A stretch of 64,000 bases of DNA. Origin: Mobula hypostoma (taxonomy: Eukaryota). The stretch lies in assembly GCF_963921235.1 (NCBI RefSeq), contig NC_086097.1, forward strand, positions 62,932,001 through 62,996,000. Reading direction: 5' to 3'. Each line of letters begins with the position of its first letter. Within the stretch, counting starts at the first letter, position 1. Below the pieces are notes generated by a model. It saw only the letters and a list, made by a program, of their open reading frames with translations, was not told the origin of the DNA and made no database searches. This document shows, in pieces, positions 10,860-24,343 of the stretch. The position numbers and the translations under genes are program-made.

Positions 10860-13800
10860 CGAGGGGTGATTGATAAGTTTGTGGCCTAAGGTAGAAGGAG
10901 TCAATTTTATAAAACCTAGCCCATCTAAAGGACAGACAGACAGGTGCGCAGAGAGGGTGGGGTGGCTCTGTTGGTGAGGAATGAAATTCAGTCCCTTGCG
11001 AGGGATGACATAGAAACAGGAGATGTAGAGTCAGTATGGATTAGAACTGAGAAATTATAAGACCAAAAAGACCCTATTGGGAAGTTATCTACAGGCCCCC
11101 AAACAGTAGCCTGTATATAGGGTGCAAGTTGAATCAAGAGTTAAAATTGGCATGTCGCAAAGGTAATGCTACGGTTGTTATGGGGGATTTCAACATGCAG
11201 GTAGACTGAGAAAATCAGGTTGGTACTGGACCCCAAGAAAGGGAGTTTGTGGAGTGCCTCAGAGATGGATTCTTAGAGCAGCCTGTACTGGAGCCTACCA
11301 GGAAGAAGGCAATTCTGGATCTAGTGTTGTGTAATGAACCAGATTTGATAAGGGAACTCGAGGTAAAGGAGCCATTAGGAGGTAGTGACCATAATATGAT
11401 AAGTTTTAATCTACAATTTGAGAGGGAGAAGGGAAAATCGGAAGTGTCAGTATTACAGTTGAACAAAGGGGACTATGGAGCCATGAGGGAGGTGCTGGCC
11501 AAAGTTGACTGGAAAGATACCCTAGCAGGGATGACAGTGGAACAACAATGGCAGGTATTTCTGGGAATAATACAGAAGGTGCAGGATCAGTTCATTTCAA
11601 AGAGAAAGAAAGATTCTAAGGGGAGTAAGGGATGACCGTAGCTGACAAGGGAAGTCAAGGACAGTATAAAAATAAAGGAGAAGAAGTATAACATAGCAAA
11701 GGTGAGCGGGAAGCCAGAGGATTGGGAAACTTTTAAAGAGCAACAGAGGATAACTAAAAAGGTAATGCGAGGAGAAACGATGAGGTATGAAGGTAAACTA
11801 GCCAAGAATATAAAGGAGGATAGTAAAAGCTTCTTTAGGTATGTGAAGAGGAAAAATTTAGTTAAGACCAAAGTTGGGCCCTTGAAGACAGAAACGGGTG
11901 AATTTATTATGGGGAACAAAGAAATAGCAGACAAGTTGAACAGGTACTTTGGATCTGTCTTCACTAGGGAAGACACAATCTCTCGGATGTAATAGTGGCC
12001 AGAGGACCTAGGGTAACGGAGGAACTGAAGGAAATTCACATTAGGCAGAAAATTGTTTTGGATAAATTGATGGGACTGAAGGCTGATAAATCCCCAGGGC
12101 CTGATGGTCTGCATCCCAGGGTACTTAAGGAGGTGGCTCTGGAAATCGTGGACGCATCGGTAATCATTTTCCAATGTTCTATAGATTCAGGATCGGTTCC
12201 TGTGGATCGGAGGGTAGCTAATGTTATCCCACTTTTTAAGCAAGGAAGGAGAGAGAAAACAGGGAATTATAAACCAGTTAGCCTGACATCAGTGGTGGGG
12301 AAGATGCTGGAGTCATTTATAAAAGATGAAATAGCGGCACATTTGGAAAGGGGAAATCATGCTTGACTAATCTTCTGGAATTTTTTGGGGAACTAACTAT
12401 GAAAATGGACAAGGGAGTGGATGTAATGTACCTGGACTTCCAGAAAACCTTTTATAAGGTCCCACATAGGAGATTAGTGGGCAAATTGGAGCACATGGCA
12501 TTGGGGGTAGGTTACTGAAATGGATAGAAAATTGGTTGGCAGGCAGGAAACAAAGAGCAGGGATTAACGGGTCCCTTTCAGAATGGCAGGCAGTGACTAA
12601 TGGGGTACCGCAAGTCTCGGTGCTGGGACCGCAGCTATTTACAATATACATTAATGATTTAGATGAAAAGATTAAAAGTAACATTAGCTAATTTGTAAAT
12701 GACACAAAGCTGGGTGGCAGTGTGAAAGGTGAGGAGGATGTTATGAGATTGCAGGGTGACTTGGACAGATTGGGTGAGTGGGCAGATGCATGGCAGATGC
12801 AGTTTAATGTAGATAAGTGTGAGGTGACCCAGTTTGGTGGCAAGAACAGGAAGGCAGATTACTATCTGAATGGTGTCAAGTTAGGAAAAGGGGAAGTGCA
12901 ACGAGATCTAGGCGTCCTTGTTCATCATTCACTGAAAGTAAGCATGCAGGTACAGCATGCAGTGAAGAAAGCTAATGGCATGTTGGCCTTCGTAACAAGG
13001 GAATTTGAGTATAGGAGCAAAGGGGTTCTTCTGCAGTTGTACAGGGCCCTGGTGAGATCGCACCTGGAGTATTGTGTGCAGTTTTGGTCTCCAAATTTGA
13101 GGAAGGACATTCTTGCAATTGAGGGAATGCAGTGTAGGTTCACGAGATTAATTCCCGAGATGGCGGGACTGTCATATGATGAAAGATTGGAGCAACTGGG
13201 CTTGTATACACTGGAATTTAGAAGGATGAGAGGGGATCTGATTGAAACATATAAGATTATTAAGGGAATGAACACACTAGAGGCAGGAAACATGTTCCCG
13301 ATGTTGGGGGAGTCCAGAACCAGAGGCCACAGTTTAAGAATAAGGGGTAGACCATTTAGAACGGAGTTGAGGAAAAACTTTTTCACACAGAGGGTTGTGG
13401 ATCTATGGAATGCTCTGCCTCAGAAGGCAGTTGAGGCCAATTCTCTGGATTCTTTCAAGAAAGAGTTAGATAGAGCTCTTAAAGATAGCAGAGTCAAGGG
13501 ATATGGGGAGAAGGCAGGAATAGAGCACTGATAGTGGATGATCAGCCATGATCACGGTAAATGACACTGCTGGCTCAAAGGGCCGAATGGCCTACTCCTG
13601 CACCTATTGTCTATTATTTTTCCTGCATTTACGCACTTAGTCCAGCGGTCGTGGAGCATACGGATCCCTTCTTTGTAGAAGTCGGCATCTTGGACCTTCA
13701 GAAGCAGTCCTCAGCTGGGGTGATTGATAAGTTCGTGGCCTAAGGTAGAAGGAGATGAGTTATTAACTTCAAACTTTCTACATTTTCACTCAAAGAGTTG

Positions 13801-14013
13801 AACTGCACATGCACATAACAAGAGCTGTATAACTCATCTCCTTCTACCTTAGGCCACGAACTTATCAATCACCCCTGCTGTGGACCACCTGGAGGTCCAA
13901 GACGTTCTCTTTACATGCACGTACAGTTCAACTCTTTGAGTGATAGTGCAGAAAGTTTGAAGTTAATAACTCATCTACTTCTACCTTAGGCCACGAACTT
14001 ATCAATCACCCCC
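10860..14013. mobile_element. Non-autonomous Tc1/Mariner-type foldback element, interrupted by CR1
   Basis: TA followed by CGAGGGGTGATTGATAAGTT(T/C)GTGGCCTAAGGTAGAAGGAG at 10858-10900. The reverse complement is at about 13972-14012, with two more internal copies at 13717 (forward) and ending 13875 (reverse). Arms are about 10860-10920 and 13614-14013. Confidence 0.8.
10921..13613 (+). mobile_element. CR1 LINE ORF2 (APE endonuclease-RT), 5'-truncated and disrupted, with 3' UTR
   Basis: GGGVALLVRNE, VMGDFNM, AILDLVL, LGGSDHNMI (APE). KSPGPDGLHPRVLKE, GNYKPVSLTSVVGKMLES, LEYCVQFWSP...FFTQRVVDLWNALPQ (RT and C-terminus). Multiple stops and frameshifts. Confidence 0.95.
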
Positions 14014-14039
14014 CCCCGCCATGTCTCCATGTTGTATGT

Positions 14040-15370
14040 TTATAACTTCATGTCCTTAGAGTGTTAGAAAGAGAGATCCTGAGACAGACTTCTTTTGATT
14101 AAAAGTTAAGACGCTAGAAGAGTATGGAATAGCTTATAAGCTTTCAAACAGTGATAAAAAGATGGAGGACTATATCTGTAGTCAAATTACAGAGACATGC
14201 AGAAATTACAGAGAAGTGATAGTGGGGGGATTTTAATTCTCCAAAAAAAGTCAGAAGATGTTAGAATAAAAGGAACAGTGGTGGGGGGGGGCTTTTCTGA
14301 AGGGTGTTCGGGAGCATTTTCTTGCTCAGCTTGATTAGTAGGGAGGCATTGGTGGATAATCTGCACCATGACAGGATATTTGGTTTAAAGTGTTAATTGA
14401 ACCTTAAGGTTTAAGCAAACAATGGAAGAGAACAAGGAACAACCTAAAGTGGAAGTTCTAAACAAGAAGAATAATAAAATCAAAAGGATCAGTGGGAATT
14501 AAAGCAAAATGGAGCCATAGACTGACTTCAGAAACATGAGGAAGGGATAATGCAAATATTCTCACAAGATGGAAAAGGAGTGGAAGCAAGTTTCTTGGAT
14601 GTCAACAGAAAGATGATGGAATAAGTAATAAGAGGTAGGTTTATGACACAGGCAGTGTGAATTCTTAATGTGACAACCAAACAAAATACAAAAAGCTGAG
14701 AGAGAAAGTGAAGACAGGAATAAAGTTGACAAAAAGATAATATGAGAATAGCAGGATTGTTATCATTAAAGGGAACCAAACATTCTTTCCTGGCATGTAA
14801 GTTGTAGGTAGATCATAAGAGGCTCACTGAATCCTACCAAGGACAAAGATGGTGCTTATGAGCTTTGGACAGGTGAGAGTGCTGAAGTGTTGTATCCAAT
14901 TTTAGCTGATACAGAAGTATTTACCCTAATGAAAGAGTTTAGCTAAAATTTAACAGGGAAGTGGAGATTGCTTTCGTTGAAGCAAATGAAGCTGAAGGAA
15001 ATTAGATAAGTGTACAAGACTATAAGCATTTTTGATGGGGAAAGCAGAGAAAATAATTTGCTATTAAGTGAGTATATAAGCACTGGAGAACACAGAGTTA
15101 AGAGTTTAGTCAAGAGATACGGAGGATATGTGAAGAAAATGCTTTTTAACGCAACGAACGGTAGTGATCTGGAACCTACCTTCTATAATGGTGACAAAAG
15201 TTGATATAATCAATGATTTCAAGAGGAAATTGGATGCACACTCAAGGGAAGTAAACTTGCAGGCCTGCACAGATAGAATAGTGGAAGAAGACTGACTGAA
15301 TTACTCTGTGGAGGGCCACCATCAATTCAACGGGCCAAACAGCTGCTTTGCTGTGCCATAAGACACAATG
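14040..15370 (+). mobile_element. Ancient, heavily decayed CR1 LINE
   Basis: Faint remnants: VIVGGF(GDF)N-like at about 14215; TGEHRVKSL...KKMLFNA similar to the CR1 C-terminus; purine-rich composition. Confidence 0.55.
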
Positions 15371-15859
15371 GCCATGAGTTCAAAAGTTGTGTGGACTGAG
15401 GGATTGTTAATATGAGGCACCATTTTCTATAGTTTATTGACATTGTTCCTATAAATCTCAAATGATATGACAGTTTGAACGTCTAGCTCATTTGCAACCG
15501 TCATCGAAAGATTAAGCAAGTCAATAATTCTTTACCAGATAACTGTGTTAATATCTTCATTTTAGAGCAGCCCACGTTCTGTCTAGCATTTGACCCATAA
15601 AACTAATTGCTATATTAGCTCAATCCCTCTGCAGCCATGGTTCATTAGCATATGTGGCATCCCAAAGACTTTCACTGAAATCAGATATAGTAAGACTGCA
15701 TGGTTGATTTGGGGTTGCTGATCATACTGAAACTGCTGCCTTCTCATTAGAGTAATTTCTGAGCATATACTCCTATATAGTCTAGCTAAAGAATCGATGA
15801 TAATGGTAATCTGCAACTAGCCGGACACTATCTAGTAAAAGGACAGTCAGAGGAATATT

Positions 15860-18800
15860 AGACCTTAAGACTATAAGACATAGGAGCAGAATTAGGCCAT
15901 TCAGCCCATTGAGTCTGCTGCACCATTTCATCATGGCTGATCCATTTCCCTCACAACCCCATGCTCCTGCTTCCCCCCCTCAATAACCTTTCACACCCTG
16001 ACTTATCAAGAACTATCTACCCCTGTCCTAAATAAGTCCAATAAACTAGCTTCCATAGCTGCCTGTGGCAAAGAATTCCTCAGATCCACCACTCTCTGGC
16101 TAAAGAAATTCCTCTTCATCTCCCTTCTAAATGAACATTCCTCTGTTCTGACCTTGTGCCTTCAAGTCCTAGATTCCACCACTATAAAATTTATCCTCCT
16201 CGCATCCACTCTATCTGGGCTTTGTAGCATTCAATAGGTTTCAATGAGGTCATCCCTCATTTTTCTAAATTCCAGTGAGTGCAGGCCCAGGTTATCAAGC
16301 GCTCCTCATGTAATAACTCTTTCATTCCCCGGAATCATTTTTGTGAACCTCCTTTGAACTCTCTCCAATGTCAGCACATCCTTTTTAAGACACGAGACAC
16401 AAAACTGCTCCAAGTGAGACCTCACCAGTGCCTTAGAAAGCCTCAGCATTACATCATTATTTTTATATTCTACTCCTCTGAGAGTGAATGTTAACAGTGG
16501 ATTTACCTTCCTCACCACCAACTCAACCTGCAAGTTAACCTTTAGGGAATCCTGCACAAGGACACCCAAGTTTCTTTGTGCCTCAGATTTTTGAATTTTC
16601 TCCCTGTTTAGAAAAATGTCTGTGTCTGTCTAACATTTGACCGATAAAACTAAATGCTATATCAGTTCAATCCCTCTGCAGCCATGGTTCATTAGCATAT
16701 GTGGCACCCCAAAGACTTCCACTGAGATCAGATATAGTAAAACTGCATGCTTGATTTGGGTTTGCTGAACACATTTAAACCACTGCCTTCTCATTAGAGT
16801 AATTTCTATTCCTTCTACCAAAGTGCATGACCATACATTTCCTGACACTGTATTCCATCTGCCACTTCTTTGCCCATTCTCCCAATCTGTCCTTCTGCAA
16901 CCTCCCTGTTTCCCGAACACCACCTGCCTTCCACCTATCTTTGTATAGTCTGCAAACTTGGCCACAAATTCATCAATTATGTCATCCAAATCATTGACAT
17001 ACAACATAAAAAGAAGAGATCCCAACACATTTCCCTGAGGAACACCACTAGTCACTGATAGCTAATCAGAAAAGGCTGCCTTTATTCCCACTCTTTGCCT
17101 CCTACCAATCAGCCAGAGCTCTATCCATGCTAATATATTTCCATCAATACCACGGGCTCTTACCTTGCTAAGCAACCTCATGTGTGACACTTTGTCAAAG
17201 ACCTTCTGAAAATTCAAATAAACAACATCCGCTGATTCTCCTTTGTCTCTCCTGCCTGTTGTTTCCTCAAATAATTCCAAATGATTTGTCAGTCAAGGTT
17301 TTTCCTTAAGGAAACCATACTGACTTTGGCCTATTTTATCATGTGCCTCCAAGTATCCCAAAACCTCATCTTTAACAATCAACTCCATCACCTTCCTAAC
17401 CATTGAGTTGAGGCTAACTGGCCTATAATTTTCTTTCTTCTGTCTACTTCCCTTCTTGAAGAGTCGAGTGACAATTGCAGTTTTTCAATCCTTTGGACCC
17501 ATGCCCAAATTCAATGATCCTTGAAAGATCTTTATTAGTGCTCCATAATCTCTTTAGCCACCTTTTTCAGAAGCCTGAGATGTAATCCATCAGGTCCTGG
17601 TGACCTCTCCACCTTCAGACCTTTCAGCTTCCCAAGCACCTTCTTCCTGCTAATAGCAACTCACTTCTGCTTCCTGACACTCTCCCAAACTTCTGACATA
17701 CTCTTAGTGTCTTCCACAGTGAAGACTTGTGCAAAATACTTATTCGTTATTTCCTTGTCCCCCATTACTACCTCTCCAGAATCATTTTCCAGTGGTTCAA
17801 TATCTACTCTCACCTCTCTTTTACTATTTATGTATCTGAAAAATCCCTTGATATCCTCTTTGATATTATTAGCTAGCTTACCTTCCTATTTCATTTTTGC
17901 CGCCTTAAGGTTTTTTTAGTTCCCTTCTATTGGTTTTCCAGTCCTCTAACTTCCCACTAATTTTTGCTCCATTATATGCCCTCTCTTTTGCTTTTATGTT
18001 GGCTTTGACTTCATTTTGTCACTCACGGGTGTGTCATCCTGGCTTTAAAATACTTCTTTAGGATGTAATTATCCTCATCTTCCAAGTTACCTGCAGAAAC
18101 TTCAGCCATTGCTGTTCTTCCATCACCCCTGCGTGTGTCACTTTCCAATCAACTTAGGCCAGCTCCCCTCTCATGCCTCTGCAATTGCTTTTACTCCATA
18201 GTAATACAAATACATTTTACTTTAGCTTCTCTTTGTCAATTTCAGGGTGATATCTATAATATTATGATCACTAGCTCCTCAGAGTTCCTTCACCTTAAGC
18301 TCCCTAATTAAATCTGGTTCATTACACAACTCCTAACCCAGAATAGCTGATCCCCTAGTGAACTCAACATAAAATTACTCTAACAAACTATCTAGTAGAC
18401 AGTCTACAAATTCTCCCTCTAGGGATACAGCATCGATCTGATTTTCCCAATCTACCTGAATATTGAAATCACCCATGGCTACTGTAACCTTGTCCTTTTG
18501 CTATGCCTTTTCTATGACCTGTTGTAACTTGTAGCCAACATCCTGGCTACCATTCGGCAGCCTGTACATAACTCCCATCATCGTATTTTTACTCTGGCAG
18601 TTCCTTAACTCTACCCACAAGAATTCTACATTTTTTCATCCTATGCCACCTCTTTCTAAGGATTTGATTTAATATTTTACCAACAGAGCCAAGCTACCTT
18701 CTCGGCTTACCTACCTGTCTTTTCGATACGGTGTGGGTCCTTGGATATTAAGCTCCCAACTATAGCCACGTCCACAACATTATACCTACCAATCTCTAAC

Positions 18801-19725
18801 CGTGTTTCAAGATCATCTACCTTATTCTGTATATTGCATACATTCAAAGATAACACCTCCAGTACTGAATTTGTCATCCTTTTCAATTTTGTCCCCCTGT
18901 TACACTGCAACTCATCCTACTGACTGCAACTTTGCCCTATCACATGTTTATCTTTACTGACAATCTCACTACATACTGCCTCTGCTTGTATAGCCAAGGC
19001 CCTATCCTCAGCCCTATCATTCAGGGTCCCGTCCCCCTGCCAAATTAGCTTATAGCCTCCACAACAGTTCTAGCACACCTGTCCATAAGGATGTTTGTCT
19101 CTCTTGGGTTCAAGTGCAACCTGTCATTTTTGTATAGGTCATACCTTCCCCAGAAGAGATCCCAATGATCCAGAAATCTGAAGTGCTGTCCCCTGCACCA
19201 GTTCCTCAGCCACACATTCATCTGCCAATTCATCCTATTCTTACCATCAGTGGTGCATGGCACAGGCAGCAATCCAGAGATTACTACCCAAGAGGTCCTG
19301 CTTTTCAGCTTTCTACCTAGCTCCTCAAATTCTTACTTCAGGACCTCCTCGCTTTTCCTACCTATGTCATAGGTGTCATTATGCACCAAGATTTCTGGGT
19401 GCTTACCCTCCCCTTTAGAAAGCTGTGGACCTGATCTGAGACGTCCTGACCCTGGCACCTGGGAGGAACGTACCATCTGGGTGTCTCTATTGCATCCACA
19501 GAATCTCATGTCTAGTTCTGTAAGTATGGAATCCCTATCACAACTGCAGTCCTCTTCTCCCCACTTCCCCTTCTGAGCCACAGCACCAGACTCAGTGCCA
19601 GAGACACAGTTGCTGTGCCTCTCCCTCCACAGTGTGCAAAATGGTATACTTATTATTGAGGGAAACAGCCACATGGGTGCTCAATTAGCTGCCCCTTTTC
19701 TTTCCCTCTCCTGACAGTCACCCAG
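15860..19725 (-). mobile_element. Near full-length decayed CR1 LINE including ORF1 SGNH-esterase remnant
   Basis: ORF1: NVWLRNWCRGQHFRFLDHWDLFWGRYDLYKNDRLHLN. ORF2 start: LEVLSLNVCNIQNKVDDL. RT: DVVYLNFQKVFDKVSH, SGVPQGNVLGSLLF, KFADYTK. 3' tail (TCTTA)n at about 15860-15880. Confidence 0.92.
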
Positions 19726-20844
19726 ATTCATTATCTCCAATAGCCTGATAATGGGTGTACCCTGTGCATATATCAGTACCTTGGTAAATTTAATTGGTTA
19801 CTTACGACTGTGCATTTTGATGAAGTTAATAGCAATTTTCGTGGAGAACCAATTACATCCATAAGGATTTCTGTATCTCTACTTCTCTCCAGATATAGAG
19901 TAAAGAGTTTGAAAGAGAAACTGCTGACTTTTTTTTTGATGAGTAATTCATTTTTGGCACATAAAAAACATGACCATTTAAATCTTTTTGCTCAGTTTTG
20001 TTTCCTTATGAACATGAATGTATAGTGAATATGGCATGTCTGTTTATGTACGCTTTGCATTAATTTTATATTTGTTTAACGTAATTCTGGTCAAATATTT
20101 AAAACTGATGGAGTTGAAAACATTAGCTGCTAGTCCTGAAATCAGGACACAAAATGATGGGGTTCAGTTGAACATAATCAAGCTTTGCCTTTGCCTGCAA
20201 CATTATGAGCGATGGGGAGGATCTCAGTTTTGGTTGCAAGCACTAAGCATGTTGAACTATCAATCATTTTCCTTTGTTCTAAATTTTAATTCCTGTAACT
20301 TTTAAATTAACCTATTAGTTTGAAATTGTTAGGAAACTTTGGCATCCATAATCAAGTTTGTGAAATGAGAACTGAGCTTTCTTTTTGCCATTCACGTTAG
20401 ATTGTTTACGTTCTGACCAGAGTTTATAAAGTTTGACCTTACAAAAGGTCACATATTTAAATTCATGAGTAGTATTTAAATTGCATTGATTACAGCAAAT
20501 TTTCCACAGGGTGACTTAAATTATTGCCAGTGGTAAATGATGTGCTGTGACCTGAATGAAAATTATGGGCGTTCCAATCCTTGCTGCTGAAATAATTTGA
20601 ACAGCCCAAGTCAGTTCCTTGCACTGTATTATCTGAGAAATGCAAGTCGTGTTCCACCTTATGGCCTAGAGAATTGTTCTCTCTAACAAGCATGCTTTTA
20701 GCCAATCAGGAGGTTTATGATTTCAGACCACCTCACATAATAATTGAAAGAAAAGAAACCCAGCAGAAAATAGCCATGCAGCTGTGGCTTTTTTTAAAGT
20801 AAATCCATGGGATCAGAACAATTTTGGGCAGGCCTCCTTTTAAT

Positions 20845-21075
20845 GTCCATCTTGATTATCCCAAATTGTGTGGCATCTCAAAGGGCAGGTAAGTGGCAAC
20901 CAAGTACTGTAACTAGGTCACTGCAGGCAAGGGCAGCAGAGTTCCTTCCCTGGGGACAAGAGTGAACCAGATGCATTCTGATGACAGTGCAGTAGATTCA
21001 TAATCAACACTCTGAAAATTAACCTTTATTTTATTGAATTTAGTTCTCACCTGCCTTAGTGGGATTCATACCTAC
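20845..21075 (-). mobile_element. Old interspersed repeat fragment (SINE/LINE-related)
   Basis: GGCAGCAGAGTTCCTTCCCTGGGGACAAGAGTGAACCAGATG...GTGGGATTCATACC, with a reverse B-box-like end. Family assignment is from memory only. Confidence 0.4.
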
Positions 21076-21689
21076 GGTTAAATATGTTACATTTGTAATT
21101 GCAGCAAACTTTTAATTGCATTCTATTTACATTAAAATTTGTAAAATTCTGCAGAAGGAATGAAAAGTTAATTTAATCTTCCTCAGAGATACCTGGATTT
21201 GAGAACCACAACAAAGGACCTAGAGGAAGTGATTATCCCTGGATTGTGCCACCAGTACTAATCTTGCTGTAGTTCACTGGGTCACATTTAGAGCACTACA
21301 TCAGCATGAGCCTGACTGGCATGTGGTATTCAGGCTTCTCAATATTCACTGGAATCAGTGACCCTACTGAGGATATCCACTTATTATAAACAAATAACAC
21401 AACACAATAGAGTTCTCCCTCTGATCCTTAATGTGTCACCACTGATATCCTGGGGAAGGAAGTTTTATTGACCAGGTAGTGTCCATTTTGCAGATTACAT
21501 TTACAATTATCCTTGGTGACATGCCAAATCTGGAACTTATTAATGGTGCCCATATTTATATGATGGCTAATTAGTCAAATAGTTAATCGCAATCCAACAT
21601 CCACCATTCCACATGGTCCTACAAACTCCCAGGTTAAGATTCTTCCATCCACCATCCTTCTCTGAGTTTTTTTGACTGTAAGTTCCACA

Positions 21690-22438
21690 ATTATCTGATT
21701 ATCAACAGCAGGGGGATGAAGCTAGGGGTCCATGAGCCAGCTCTCAATAGGGGATCAGCAGCTTTAAATTACGTGGCGTTAACATAGTAGAGAATCTGTC
21801 ATGGGACCAGCAGATAAGTATCATCACAGTCAGGGCATGACAGCACCTTTACTTTCTAAGAAACTTGCAAAGATTGAGCATCTCACCAAACATCTATAGA
21901 TTCACAGTAGAGATGATCCTAACTGGTTGCAACATGGTCTGGTATGGAATGGTAAAGGTTACAGAAAGTAGTGGATACAGCTCATTCCATCACAGGCAAA
22001 GCCCTCTGCACTACTGAGTACATTTACATGGAGCACTGCCACATCCATTATCCTAGACCCTCACCATCCTGGCCTTTCCTCTTCTCACTACTACCTTAGG
22101 TGCCACACCATCAGGTTCAGGAACAATATTACCTGTCTACCATCAGTTTCCTGAAGCAGTGTGGATAAATTCATTCACCACTACTCAGAGCTGCTTCCAC
22201 AACCTACAGATTCACTTCGAAGGACTCTCTACAACTCATGTTCTCAGTCTTATTTTTATTTGTATAATTTGTCTTCTTTTTCGTGTTTTATGTTTGTCAG
22301 TCTTTGTCAATGTATAGTTATTCCTAAAATTGTATTGTACTTCTCTTTTTCTGTAGATGCCTGCAAGAAGATTAACCTCAAGATTGTATATGGTAACATG
22401 AATGTATTTTGATAATAAATTTGTTTTGAATTTTGAAC
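21690..22438 (+). mobile_element. Rex1/Babar-type LINE 3' fragment
   Basis: FKLRGVNIVENLSWDQQIS...YRFTVEMILTGCNMVWYG-type remnants. Tail AATAAATTTGTTTTGAATTTTGAA. Confidence 0.75.
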
Positions 22439-24221
22439 CAATTCAATATAGGAAAGACAGGAAAACAACAATGAATTTTATTTTCCTAATCTTTGGAAGG
22501 GTTAAACTTACTATGCTTTACGACTATATCTCAAAACTTGACTTTGCATTTTAATGGCATGATTGGCCATAATTTTCATTTATCACAACAGGATCATTAC
22601 TATTAAAATATTTACAGTATGTATATAGCTATAAATCCCTGTAACAAGAAAAGCTAGTTTGTTTTCATTTAGATTCATTGATTCACTGAATACTGTATAT
22701 GGTTGTTAGTGTGCTCAATAAATTATATATTAGGTTATTATTTCACATTTAAGCTTTTTCAAAAGGTATTCAAGAGCAATTGTTATCAAAAAGCTGAAAG
22801 GAACGGAATTGTGCTGGCTGTGTATTGAAACCGTTGGTTCAACCTTGCTGCAGAAACAACAGCATTGTCCTGGAATTCAGATCATAGAGTGCCATGATAC
22901 TTGATCAAATTTTAATAAAAAATTAGATGCGTTTGAAATTGGGGACTTCATGGTTTGTACAAGGTCTATGATCATTTTTCTGTATCCTACATCTGGCACA
23001 TGACTTCATGAACTACCCCAAGCAAGATCAGTGACATCCAAAGGCAGTCGTACTCCCCTTCATGCCATTTCCACTTTCGTAGAGTGCACATTTGGACAAC
23101 ACCATCCAACAAGCACTTATGTAGAAACAGGAGTTAAAAACAGCCACCTCTGTGAAGCAAAACAGGGCCTGCTTGAGCAGATTGATGCTTGGAAGATAAC
23201 TCAAGTAAGACCTTGTTAAGATAGTTACCATTGTGCCTCCCATCCAGGCCAAGCTGGATCAACTGCTAAAGCCTCCTCCCACCCGTGGTAAGTTTTCAAC
23301 CTTCTCTGCGCTAACTATCAACCTTTGGATCTGACCTGACAACATTCCTTCAACCACTCATCCGACAACACCACACTGCTACCCTCTGACCACTGATCCC
23401 AACTCCAGCTGCCAATTATAACCTTTCAATTACCAAACCTACTTCTCTTCCATAGACACTCCCAACCACCAGTCCTGACTTGCAGTTTCTAATTCTTCTC
23501 CACCCCAAGGTACCAAGGCAATGATCCTTCCCCAGGCACCATCCCTACCCCTCTGAGTACCAGTTAGGCAGCCTGTCCTTGCCTTGTTTCCTCTCCAAAC
23601 CATTTGACATCAGCACTCCTGAAGTATCTATACAGTCCTTGAGCTTCTATTGTGCATGAATCTCAAACATGGGAAAGAGCTGGCCTTGCCTTTGTCCAGT
23701 TTCTTTTACATGCTCCACGGGATGTAAAGGAAAAAGTGGTGTGAAATGCCCGTTCATGTGTACAGTGGGTCTGCATTTTATAGCAAAATGTAACCAAACT
23801 CCATCCAGCAGTATCCTTCTCACATCCTTAATACCTCCAGTTAACTAAAATGTATAAGAAGTTTGAAGTTGGACATAATGATCAATCTGACATCAGTTGT
23901 AATTTTTGCACAATTCTGCACATAGAAGAATTTCCAAATATACTCCTTAAATTCCTGCTCTAAAGTTTAAGTCATGCACCTAATTACCTCCTACCATATT
24001 TCTATTTGTCCTTTTGATTTCCACTTAAACCTTCAATGAAGCTATCTCTTAGCCTTGAAAACTCCAGGGATACTACCCAGGTTTGCATAATTTTTTGTAA
24101 TTTAAAACTTGTAACTCAAGGAATAGCATTCTGTCCTCAATCACAGGAGTCAATCATACAGTGGAGAATATATGTACCTCAACTAATCCTATGTATGTTT
24201 ACAACAAGATTCAAGAGAGAG

Positions 24222-24343
24222 TACAGATTCTGGAAATCAGGAACAACAGCTAGAAAATGTCAGAGGAACTCAACAGGTCAAGGACCATCTAGAGGGAAAT
24301 GAACAGTCAATGTTTTGGGCTGAGACCCTTAATTGGGACTGGT
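24222..24343 (-). mobile_element. Penelope-like pLTR relic
   Basis: Reverse complement of CCAGTCC...AAGGGTCTCAGCCCAAAACATTGACTG plus the terminus. Confidence 0.7.

Noticed and set aside
11587..13386. Long minus-strand ORFs (195 and 153 aa), and similar ones at 46890-47294 and 53220-54218
   Set aside because: Antisense shadows of LINE ORF2 sequences.
23020..23460. Possible very old PLE RT N-terminal remnant (NYQPLDL, similar to SYLPLDRDPT)
   Set aside because: Similarity too short to support by eye.
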